Shown piece by piece: positions 43,077 to 51,375 of a DNA stretch of 64,000 nucleotides. The stretch is from an uncultured Verrucomicrobiota bacterium (GTDB taxonomy: Bacteria; Verrucomicrobiota; Verrucomicrobiia; Limisphaerales; UBA8199). Positions within the stretch are counted from its first letter, which is position 1. Each line of letters opens with the position of its first letter. The DNA lies in assembly GCA_903873945.1 (NCBI GenBank), contig CAIQQM010000246.1, forward strand, positions 8,940-72,939, written 5' to 3'. Below the pieces are notes generated by a model. It worked only from the letters and a program-made list of their open reading frames with translations. It was not told the origin of the DNA and ran no database searches. The translations under genes were made by a program, and so were the position numbers.

Positions 43077-45125
43077 ATGATTTGCCGCAAGCATTTCGTG
43101 ATTAGTAAGTTGCGCGTCACAATAGGGGTTTTGTTTGCCGTTGTGGTCCCATGCCTTTTTGTTGGAACGGCGGCGGGACAAGCGGCTTTACTGGGCCCGG
43201 CGGGGATCGTTTTGTGGAATGGCAACGAACCGCAGATATTATTTGCGCAAGCTGTAGCCTGGGCAAGTTTCCTGACGGTGAGTCATCTGACGTGGGGGGT
43301 GGTTGGGCTGGTCACGGTGTTGCTGGCATCGCTGGCATGGATCGGCGCATTGCGGCGCCAGGTTCAGAACCAAACCGAGGTCATTCGCCAAAGGCTGGAG
43401 GAGCGCAGACACTTCGCCGAATCGCTGGCTCGGGAAAAGCAGTTGCTGACGACACTGATCGACCAACTGCCCGACAATGTTTTTGTGAAGGACAAGGAAG
43501 GGCGCTACACGCTGACCAACCGGAATCATGCGCTGTTCCATGGCGCAGCCAACAAGGAAGAGTTTCTGGGCAAAACCTGTTTCGAGATATTCCCGCCGGA
43601 ACTCGCCCAGGGTTACTCCGACCACGACGAGGCGATCCTGAGCGGGAGCCGCGAGGTGATTAGTGTGGAAATACCGTCAAAGGACGGTCGGGGAAATACA
43701 CGCTGGCTATCGAGCAAGAAGGTTCCTTTGAAGGACAGCACAGGAGACATCGTTGGGCTGGTTGGAATCAGCCGTGACGTGACTGACCAGAAAAGAGCGG
43801 AGGCCGCGCTGGCGCACGAGCGGGATTTCCTGGCGACCTTGCTGGACAATCTGCCGGACAGTATTTACTTCAAGGATTTGCAATCGCGTTTCGTGCGGGT
43901 CAGCAAATCGAAGCTCAAAAGCTCGTTCGAGCTCGCGCTGAGCGCCCACCTTGCCTCCTGCAAGGGCCCGGAGACAGGGAATCTACCCCCGCATTTGAAG
44001 GACATGGATGAGTTTTCCAAATACCTGATTGGCAGGACGGACTTCGATTTTTATGCGGAGGAACGCGCCCATGAGGCCTATGAAGACGAGCAGAAGATTA
44101 TCCGGACCGGGAGCCCCGTCATCGGGAAAATCATTCACGGCATGCGTGTTGACGGCAAGGTCAATTGGTCGTTAACAACCAAAATGCCGTGGTACGACGC
44201 AGACGGCCAAATCATTGGCACATTCGGCATTTCGAAGGACATCACGCCGATCAAAGAGGCCGAGGCGCAGGTTGAGCAACTGCATAAGCAATTGCTGGAC
44301 ACGTCCCACCAGGCCGGCATGGCGGATGTGGCGACAAACGTTCTCCATAACGTGGGCAACGTGCTCAACAGCGTGAATGTGGCGGTGAGTCTGATCGTTG
44401 ATGGCGTGAAGAAGTCCAAGGCGACGAACTTTGCCAGGGTCGTCGGCCTGATGCGCGAACATGAGAGCGACCTGGGTGATTTCATCAGCCGCGATCCGAA
44501 GGGCCAGCAAGTGCCCGGGTATCTCGCGCAACTGGCCGAGCATCTGGCAGCGGAACAAGCGGCCACACTGAAGGAGCTTGAGGGCCTCACCAGCAACATC
44601 GAGCACATTAAAGAGATTGTGGCCATGCAACAAAATTACGCCAGGGTGTCGGGTGTAATGGAGGCCGTCCAGGTCAGCGAGTTGGTGGAAGACGCCCTGC
44701 GGATGAACGCGGGAGCGCTGGCGCGTCACGATGTGATCGTCGTTCGGGAATACGGGGAGGCTCTGCCGAAAATCACGGTTGAGAAGCACAAGGTGCTGCA
44801 AATCCTCATCAACCTCGTGCGTAACGCCAAATACGCCTGTGACGAATCGGACCAGCCGGACAAGCGCATAACAGTCCGCGTGGCCAATGGTGAAGGGCGG
44901 GTCAAGATAGCGGTAACAGACAACGGCGTCGGCATCCCGCAAGAGAACATGACGCGCATCTTCAATCATGGGTTTACGACGCGGGACAACGGCCATGGAT
45001 TTGGGCTGCATAGCGGAGCGCTGGCCGCCCGCGAACTTGGGGGGAGGTTGCTGGCCGAGAGCGACGGCATCGGCCGTGGCGCTACATTCACGCTTGAACT
45101 GCCAGTCGCCCCGAAAAGCAAATGA
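43077..45125 (+). CDS. membrane-anchored PAS-PAS sensor histidine kinase
   Basis: Two N-terminal TM segments and two PAS-like blocks (LIDQLPDNVFVKDKEGRY.., LLDNLPDSIYFKDLQSRF..). H-region ATNVLHNVGNVLNS. HATPase_c strings LINLVRNAKYA, DNGVGIP, GHGFGLH, GATFTLELP. Confidence 0.85.
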   Translation: MICRKHFVISKLRVTIGVLFAVVVPCLFVGTAAGQAALLGPAGIVLWNGNEPQILFAQAVAWASFLTVSHLTWGVVGLVTVLLASLAWIGALRRQVQNQTEVIRQRLEERRHFAESLAREKQLLTTLIDQLPDNVFVKDKEGRYTLTNRNHALFHGAANKEEFLGKTCFEIFPPELAQGYSDHDEAILSGSREVISVEIPSKDGRGNTRWLSSKKVPLKDSTGDIVGLVGISRDVTDQKRAEAALAHERDFLATLLDNLPDSIYFKDLQSRFVRVSKSKLKSSFELALSAHLASCKGPETGNLPPHLKDMDEFSKYLIGRTDFDFYAEERAHEAYEDEQKIIRTGSPVIGKIIHGMRVDGKVNWSLTTKMPWYDADGQIIGTFGISKDITPIKEAEAQVEQLHKQLLDTSHQAGMADVATNVLHNVGNVLNSVNVAVSLIVDGVKKSKATNFARVVGLMREHESDLGDFISRDPKGQQVPGYLAQLAEHLAAEQAATLKELEGLTSNIEHIKEIVAMQQNYARVSGVMEAVQVSELVEDALRMNAGALARHDVIVVREYGEALPKITVEKHKVLQILINLVRNAKYACDESDQPDKRITVRVANGEGRVKIAVTDNGVGIPQENMTRIFNHGFTTRDNGHGFGLHSGALAARELGGRLLAESDGIGRGATFTLELPVAPKSK

Positions 45126-45172
45126 TGCCGTAGTGGATAACTGGCCGGGAGCTGGCGGAACAATCGCGTGTG

Positions 45173-45529
45173 CTACTGCTTGACTACTTGCACCTTCCCG
45201 GAATCGGCATCGTAAACAATTTTTGTCCCGTACGGCGGAGTGGGAATCTGCGGAATGTATTTCTGCTCAACCAATTCGCTCAGATCTTTTGGGTTGCGAC
45301 CGTGATCTGCGCCGAACAGTTGGATGGCTTGGTTGAGCGAGACGGTGTCCACGGTCTTGACGGCGCTTTGTTGGGCTTTGGCGGCGGCGCCAAGATAATC
45401 GACCGGGGCGGTCAGGAGTCCGCCGCCGCTGGAATCCGCAGAGGTTGATGAGCCGGGTTTGTCAGATTTGTCGCCACAGCCGATGAGAAGCAAACTCGCG
45501 GCGAGCGAAAGGCAGAAACGTGCGTTCAT
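45173..45529 (-). CDS. small lipoprotein of unknown function
   Basis: MNARFCLSLAASLLLIGCGDK lipobox. No recognisable domain. Confidence 0.5.
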   Translation of the reverse strand: MNARFCLSLAASLLLIGCGDKSDKPGSSTSADSSGGGLLTAPVDYLGAAAKAQQSAVKTVDTVSLNQAIQLFGADHGRNPKDLSELVEQKYIPQIPTPPYGTKIVYDADSGKVQVVKQ

Positions 45530-45533
45530 AGAC

Positions 45534-47639
45534 TCACCTTACCTCTCCCTGCGTAAAAACCAAGCCTGCCGTGGCCGTCTGGCGTGCCTGCTTGATCAAA
45601 TCGAGATCCTCACGCAAGTCGGCAAAACGGAATTGCGGTAGACCGCTCTGCTCCCGGCCGAGCAGCTCCCCCGGGCCGCGCAGTTTCAGGTCTGCTTCGG
45701 CGATGAGAAAGCCGTCGAGGGTTTCTTCCAGGACTTTTAAACGCTGGCTGGCCTCCCGATTTTTGGCGGCGGCGACGAGAATGCACCAGGAATCATGCGC
45801 GCCGCGGCCAATGCGCCCGCGCAATTGATGAAGCTGCGCCAGGCCGAATTGCTCGGCATTCTCGATTACCATCACAGTGGCGTTGGGCACGTCCACGCCG
45901 GCCTCGATCAGCGAAGTCGCGAGCAACACGTGCAGAGCGTTGGAGCGAAAAGCAGCCATCGTCTTCTCCTTCTCTTTGCTCTTGAGCCGGCCGTGGAGCA
46001 AGCCGACGTGGAAGGGGGCCAGCGCCTGGCGGAGGGTTTCGAATTCGAGCGTGACCGCTTTAAGGCCGGTTGGGCCTGTCTCCTCGACGCGCGGATAGAC
46101 CACATAGGCTTGGCGGCCCGAGGCGAGCTGCTCACGGATGAATGCAAGAACTTTGGGCAGCTTGTCGGCAGTGCGAACGAAGGTCTTGACCGTGCCGCGG
46201 CCGGGAGGCATCTCCTCGATGGTCGAAACGTCCAAATCGCCGTAGAGCGTCAGGCCCAGTGTCCGGGGGATGGGAGTGGCGGTCATCACCAGCAGATGGG
46301 GGTAATTACCTTTGCGGAGGAGTTGTTCGCGTTGCGACACGCCGAACTTATGTTGCTCGTCGATGAGCACAAGTCCCAGATTCTCCGGCGTGAAGCTGGA
46401 CTCGAGCAACGCGTGAGTGCCTATGAAGAGCGTTGGGCATTGAGAGCCGGGGCCTGAGATCTGGGATGGATGCCGGGCCCCGGCTCCCGGTTCCCGGCTC
46501 CCGGTTTGGAGTTCGACCTCGAGGCCGAGCGGCTCAAACCAATTGGTGAAAGTGAGGAAATGTTGTTCCGCCAGGATTTCGGTTGGGGCCATGAGAGCAA
46601 CGCTGAGGCCGGTTTCGAGGGCCATGAGCGCGCAACATGCGGACACAACGGTTTTGCCGGAACCGACATCGCCCTGCAGCAGGCGGCGCATGGGGTGCCG
46701 GCCAGACATGTCTTTGCGGATTTCGCGGAGGACTTCAGTTTGTCCGCGAGTGAGGTCGAACCCGAGGCGGGCGAGGAACGGCCGGATGAGATGGTTGTCC
46801 CCGCCGCAGGGTAAGGCCCGGGCCCGGACTTCAAAGTTCCTGCGGCGAAGCAAAAGCCGCCGCTGGAGCTCGATTAGCTCGTCCAGTGCTAGGCGTCGCC
46901 GCGCAAGTTCGATGTCCGAAAAATTTTCTGGAAAATGGAGCAGGCGAATGGCTGTGGCCCGGTTGGGGCAGGCCGGAATTTGGCCGGAATTTTGGCTGTC
47001 GGAGGGGTTCCCCGGCTCCTGTGGCCCGGCTGGCGCACAGCCATTTGAAGCTCGCAGCGCCGCCGCCGGCCATGGGTCGGAAATGTGCGGTTCAGCTGCG
47101 GCAACCGTTCGCCAAACCAAAGCGCGTAGCCATCGTTGCGGCAGGCCTTCGGTTAGCGGATAAATTGGGGTGATGCGGTTGAAATGAATGAACTTTTCTT
47201 CACCAGCCTCGACGACTTCCGTTTCCGGATGGTCCATCGTGCGCGGCTTGAGTGACTGCAATTTGCCGAAGACCACGACTTCGTCGCCTGTGGCGAAGTA
47301 ATTCTCCATGAACGGCAGGTTCCACCAGCGGCAATGGAGCCGCGCCGAGCCGTCGTCGAGCACGAGCTCAAAGAGTGATTTCTGGCCGCGGCGGAGGCGC
47401 TTCACGCCCAGGGCGACCACAACGCCCCGCGTGAGAGAGGCCTCGCCAAGCTGGAGCTCGGCAACGGGCTTGAAATGGCGGCGGTCCTCATAACGCCGTG
47501 GGCGGTGGAGCAGGAGATCCTCCACGGAGAGGATTCCCAACCGGCCGAGTTGCGCCGCTCGCTCCCGGCCAACCCCGTACAAGGTGGCCGCCGGCCGGGC
47601 GAGGAAAGGGACTTGCGGGCTGGGTGCGGCGGCCGTCAT
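45534..47639 (-). CDS. recG: ATP-dependent DNA helicase RecG
   Basis: Wedge/OB N-terminus, GDVGSGKT, DEQHKFGV, MTATPIPRT, QLHQLRGRIGRG. Start set to the ATG at 47639 (MTAAAPSPQ), which makes an ATGA overlap with the upstream gene's stop. Confidence 0.9.
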   Translation of the reverse strand: MTAAAPSPQVPFLARPAATLYGVGRERAAQLGRLGILSVEDLLLHRPRRYEDRRHFKPVAELQLGEASLTRGVVVALGVKRLRRGQKSLFELVLDDGSARLHCRWWNLPFMENYFATGDEVVVFGKLQSLKPRTMDHPETEVVEAGEEKFIHFNRITPIYPLTEGLPQRWLRALVWRTVAAAEPHISDPWPAAALRASNGCAPAGPQEPGNPSDSQNSGQIPACPNRATAIRLLHFPENFSDIELARRRLALDELIELQRRLLLRRRNFEVRARALPCGGDNHLIRPFLARLGFDLTRGQTEVLREIRKDMSGRHPMRRLLQGDVGSGKTVVSACCALMALETGLSVALMAPTEILAEQHFLTFTNWFEPLGLEVELQTGSREPGAGARHPSQISGPGSQCPTLFIGTHALLESSFTPENLGLVLIDEQHKFGVSQREQLLRKGNYPHLLVMTATPIPRTLGLTLYGDLDVSTIEEMPPGRGTVKTFVRTADKLPKVLAFIREQLASGRQAYVVYPRVEETGPTGLKAVTLEFETLRQALAPFHVGLLHGRLKSKEKEKTMAAFRSNALHVLLATSLIEAGVDVPNATVMVIENAEQFGLAQLHQLRGRIGRGAHDSWCILVAAAKNREASQRLKVLEETLDGFLIAEADLKLRGPGELLGREQSGLPQFRFADLREDLDLIKQARQTATAGLVFTQGEVR

Positions 47640-48097
47640 TTGCCAGCATTCGCCCGCGGGAGTTCGGGAACATGCGGTTTGCGGCATTGGGGACAGAGAG
47701 GAACGGGTCCATCCAGTTGCTTCATCTGCTCCCGGGTTTCCATCAGGGCACGCTCCAACTCGTGGCGCTCGTTGAGGCTGGACTTTATCTTGGCAAAAGC
47801 GACGGCGTTGATGAGGAAGGCAATGAAATGCATCCCGGTGTTCCAGTAGCTGTAAAAGGGGGCGGAATAATGGTCGCCCGCATACCGATCAGCCGCGTAC
47901 CAGATTAGGGAGGCAATAAAGGCTGCGATAATGCCCGGCTCCCGGCCCAGATTCCAGGCGACCACGGCCACAGGCGCCGTGTAGAACGCGAACAAGCCCA
48001 ACTCGTAACCCGTGGCATAGTCAATCCATCCGAGCACAGCGAGCCAGACGGCGCAACCGGCTAACACCATCCATGTCTTGGGTTTGCTGCAACGCAT
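47636..48097 (-). CDS. four-TM membrane protein with C-terminal coiled segment and CPQC motif
   Basis: Hydrophobic segments WMVLAGCAVWLAVLGWI, LGLFAFYTAPVAVVAW, GIIAAFIASLIWYA, MHFIAFLINAVAFA, then ..LCPQCRKP. Function unknown. Confidence 0.5.
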   Translation of the reverse strand: MRCSKPKTWMVLAGCAVWLAVLGWIDYATGYELGLFAFYTAPVAVVAWNLGREPGIIAAFIASLIWYAADRYAGDHYSAPFYSYWNTGMHFIAFLINAVAFAKIKSSLNERHELERALMETREQMKQLDGPVPLCPQCRKPHVPELPRANAGK

Positions 48098-48184
48098 AAC
48101 TCGGTTTAGTTCAACACTTGCAGGAAGGCAAGCGGCGGATTACTCGTATCGGACCCCCGCGTCTGCGCCTTCGCCCGCCGTTCT

Positions 48185-48308
48185 ATCTGTGTCAATCTGT
48201 GGCTTCCGGTTCTCATCCGTGGCTCCGCTCACGTGTTCACCGTCACTCCTGGAATGACCGCCTGTGGCATTTGGCCAGGGGGTAAACACGTGCAATAGCC
48301 ACAGATAG
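48185..48308. repeat. cluster of short ATC(C/T)GTGGC(A/T)-type repeats
   Basis: ATCTGTGTCAATCTGTGGCT (48185-48204), ATCCGTGGCT (48215-48224), CCTGTGGCA (48261-48269), and the inverted copy GCCACAGATAG (48298-48308). Confidence 0.6.
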
Positions 48309-48554
48309 TTCGGATATAAGCACGACCGGCAACACAAGCACCGAGGCAGGTTCGGAAGCGGATGACTGGGGCCGAATTCCGAGGTTCAGACCGTAAATTG
48401 GCTTTATTCATTCGGCCTGCATTCACGCGCCAGACGCTTTGGGGTTGTGCTTTCCCGTGGCAATTGGTTAATTTGGAACACGTCGGGTGTAGCGGGGCGT
48501 CGGCAACCCTGTTCTGGCGAGCTCCGCAGTCCCGCGCAATTGGCAAATTCTTTT

Positions 48555-49892
48555 ATGACAAACGAACTGTCGAACTTTCTCACCACACTCAAAAAACGTT
48601 ATCCTGCGGAGACGGAATTCCATCAGGCGGTCACCGAGGTGGCCAAGTCCGTTTGGCCATTCGTCGAGAAAAACCCAAAATATCAGAAGGCGAAAATCCT
48701 TGAGCGCATGTCCGAGCCCGAACGGGTGCTGATGTTCCGTGTCACATGGACGGACCGCCACGGCGAAGTGCAGGTCAACCGCGGCTATCGCATACAAATG
48801 AACAGCGCCATCGGGCCTTACAAAGGCGGGCTGCGGTTTCATCCATCGGTCACGCTGGGCACATTGAAGTTTCTGGCGTTCGAGCAGGTGTTCAAGAACG
48901 CGCTGACGACTTTGCCCATGGGCGGCGGCAAAGGTGGCTCGGATTTCGACCCGAAAGGCAAAAACGATGAGGAAGTGATGCGTTTCTGCCAGGCGTTCAT
49001 GAGCGAGTTGTGCCGGCACATCGGTCCGGACACCGACGTGCCCGCGGGTGACATCGGCGTGGGCGGGCGGGAGATCGGTTTCCTGTTCGGCCAATACAAA
49101 AAGCTGCGCAACGAATTCACAGGCGTGCTTACCGGTAAAGGCATCAACTGGAGCGGCAGCCGCATCCGCGGGGAAGCCACCGGCTACGGTTTGGTCTATT
49201 TCGTCGAGGAAATGTTGCGCACGAAAGGAAACTCCATCAGCGGTAAGACCGTTGCCGTTTCCGGTTCGGGCAACGTCGCCCAGTACGCCGCCGAGAAGGT
49301 GTTGATGATGGGCGGCAAGGTCGTGACGTTCTCCGATTCCGATGGGTTCGTTTACGATCCCCATGGCGTCGATGCCGAACGGCTGGAGTTCGTGAAGGAA
49401 CTTAAGAATGTGAAACGTGGCCGCATCCAGGATTACGCCAAACAGTTCAAGTGCGAGTATTTTGAAGGCAAGCGGCCCTGGGGCGTGGAATGCCAGGTCG
49501 CCCTGCCTAGCGCCACCCAAAATGAATTGACCGGCAGCGATGCCAAGGCCCTGACTGGGAATGGCTGCATCTGCGTCGCCGAAGGCGCGAACATGCCCTC
49601 CACCCCGGAGGCCGTTGAAGTGTTTCTCGCCAAAAAGATCCTGTTTGGGCCCGGCAAAGCCGCCAACGCCGGTGGCGTTTCCGTCAGCGGGTTGGAAATG
49701 TCGCAAAACAGCATGCGGCTGCAATGGACCAACGACGAGGTGGACAAACGCCTAAACGCGATCATGAAAGCTATTCACAATCAGTGTACGCGTTTCGGCG
49801 AGCAGGACGGCTTCGTGAACTACGTCGATGGCGCCAACATTGCCGGCTTCCGCAAAGTTGCCGAGGCCATGCTCGACCAGGGCATCGTCTGA
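48555..49892 (+). CDS. gdhA: NADP-specific glutamate dehydrogenase
   Basis: Start reset to the ATG at 48555 (MTNELSNFLTTLKKRYP). Strings: YKGGLRFHPSV, PMGGGKGGSDFDPKG, GPDTDVPAGDIGVG, AVSGSGNVAQYAA. Confidence 0.9.
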   Translation: MTNELSNFLTTLKKRYPAETEFHQAVTEVAKSVWPFVEKNPKYQKAKILERMSEPERVLMFRVTWTDRHGEVQVNRGYRIQMNSAIGPYKGGLRFHPSVTLGTLKFLAFEQVFKNALTTLPMGGGKGGSDFDPKGKNDEEVMRFCQAFMSELCRHIGPDTDVPAGDIGVGGREIGFLFGQYKKLRNEFTGVLTGKGINWSGSRIRGEATGYGLVYFVEEMLRTKGNSISGKTVAVSGSGNVAQYAAEKVLMMGGKVVTFSDSDGFVYDPHGVDAERLEFVKELKNVKRGRIQDYAKQFKCEYFEGKRPWGVECQVALPSATQNELTGSDAKALTGNGCICVAEGANMPSTPEAVEVFLAKKILFGPGKAANAGGVSVSGLEMSQNSMRLQWTNDEVDKRLNAIMKAIHNQCTRFGEQDGFVNYVDGANIAGFRKVAEAMLDQGIV

Positions 49893-50010
49893 CGCAGGTG
49901 CTTGGGTCCGGCGCGGGACGAAATTTATAAAGCCGGGATGCGAGAGCAATCCGCAAGGGCATCATCCTTTCGTGAACGCGCGCCTGCTCACCCTGGGGTC
50001 GTGAACCGGT

Positions 50011-51318
50011 TTACGTTTTCTTCCCAAATTCCGGGTCAACCTTGAGCAAGAACGCAAGGGTCAGGCCGGGCAGAGTCGAAAAGATTACCCAAAGGAAGAA
50101 ATGCCGGTATCCGATATGGTCGGCGAGCCAGCCGCTCCACAGGCCGGGAATCATCATGCCCAGGGCCATGAAACCGGTGCAGATGGCGTAATGCGCGGTC
50201 TTGTGCGGGCCATCTGCGAAATAGAGCATGTAGAGCATGAAGGCCGTGAACCCAAAGCCATAGCCGAACTGCTCGACAGCTACCGCGCTGCAGGTGAGCA
50301 GAAAGTTCGCCGGCTGCGCAAATGAGAGAAAGATAAACGCCAGCTTGGGGAGATACATCGAGCAAACCATGATGGGCAGCATTCGCTTGAGGCCATGCTT
50401 CGCGGTCAGGAACCCGCCCAGCAATCCGCCGCATGTCAGGGCCAGGATTCCGAACGTGCCGTAGGCCAGCCCCACCTGGCTCGTGGTTAGCCCCAACCCT
50501 CCCGCCTTGCGGCTGTCCAGCAGGAAAGGCGAGATGACTTTCGCCAGTTGAGCCTCATCGAAGCGGTAGAACAGGAAGAAGGCCAGGGCCATCAACACGC
50601 CCGGTTTCCGGAAGAAAGAGCCGAACGTAAGGAAGAATTCGCCCACGGGACCCTTGCTGTTCAACACCGGCCCGTCGCCTGCCGGCCGTGGCAACATAAC
50701 GCTGTGCCAGCAACTGAAGGCGAGGAACAGGGCCGCAACGACAGCGAGTGTGGCCGACCAGGCCAAAGGAATATTGCCGGTTTTGGTTTCCAACATGCCC
50801 GCCAGCACGACGAGCAAACCGCTCCCGACAATCATTGCGGTCCGGTAAAACATGCTGCGCAAACCTACCCACCACGCCTGCTCGTGTTTGGAAAGCGCTA
50901 GCATGTAAAAGCCGTCCGCGGCGATATCGTGGGTGGCTGAGGCAAAGGCCATGATCCAAAAGAAGAACAGCGACCATTTGAAGAAAGCGTTTCCCCGGAC
51001 CGAAAACGCCGCCAGTGCCAGCCCGAGTGTGACGAGAAACTGCATCGCCACCACCCACAAGCGCTTGGTGCGCGTGATGTCTGCCAGCGGGCTCCACAAG
51101 GGCTTGATGACCCACGGCAGATAGAGCCAGCTCGTGTAGAGTGCTATGTCGGTGTTGGAAATGCCGAGCCGCTTATACATCACCACGGACATCGTCATGA
51201 CGATGACGTAAGGAACGCCTTGGGCGAAATAGAGGCTCGGAACCCAGAGCCAGGGATTGCGGTTTGTGCGCCGGGCATCCGCGAATCGGGGGGGCAATTG
51301 AGAACCGGCGGGCGTCAT
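50011..51318 (-). CDS. MFS transporter, AmpG-like
   Basis: 12-TM profile. N-terminal LWVPSLYFAQGVPYVIVMTMSVVMYKRLGISNTDIALYTSWLYLPWVIKPLWSPLAD resembles AmpG-type permeases. ATG at 51318 chosen. Confidence 0.65.
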   Translation of the reverse strand: MTPAGSQLPPRFADARRTNRNPWLWVPSLYFAQGVPYVIVMTMSVVMYKRLGISNTDIALYTSWLYLPWVIKPLWSPLADITRTKRLWVVAMQFLVTLGLALAAFSVRGNAFFKWSLFFFWIMAFASATHDIAADGFYMLALSKHEQAWWVGLRSMFYRTAMIVGSGLLVVLAGMLETKTGNIPLAWSATLAVVAALFLAFSCWHSVMLPRPAGDGPVLNSKGPVGEFFLTFGSFFRKPGVLMALAFFLFYRFDEAQLAKVISPFLLDSRKAGGLGLTTSQVGLAYGTFGILALTCGGLLGGFLTAKHGLKRMLPIMVCSMYLPKLAFIFLSFAQPANFLLTCSAVAVEQFGYGFGFTAFMLYMLYFADGPHKTAHYAICTGFMALGMMIPGLWSGWLADHIGYRHFFLWVIFSTLPGLTLAFLLKVDPEFGKKT

Positions 51319-51375
51319 GTTGTGTCCAGGGGGCTTCCTGCGGCAATGAGGCTCGCCGTGGAAGCGCGCAACCAA

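Noticed and set aside
48468-48477. TTAATTTGGA upstream of gdhA, matching part of the transposon end sequence (a possible solo end).
   Set aside because: Only 10 nt match, and the diagnostic GGTAGTG terminus is absent. This is compatible with chance.
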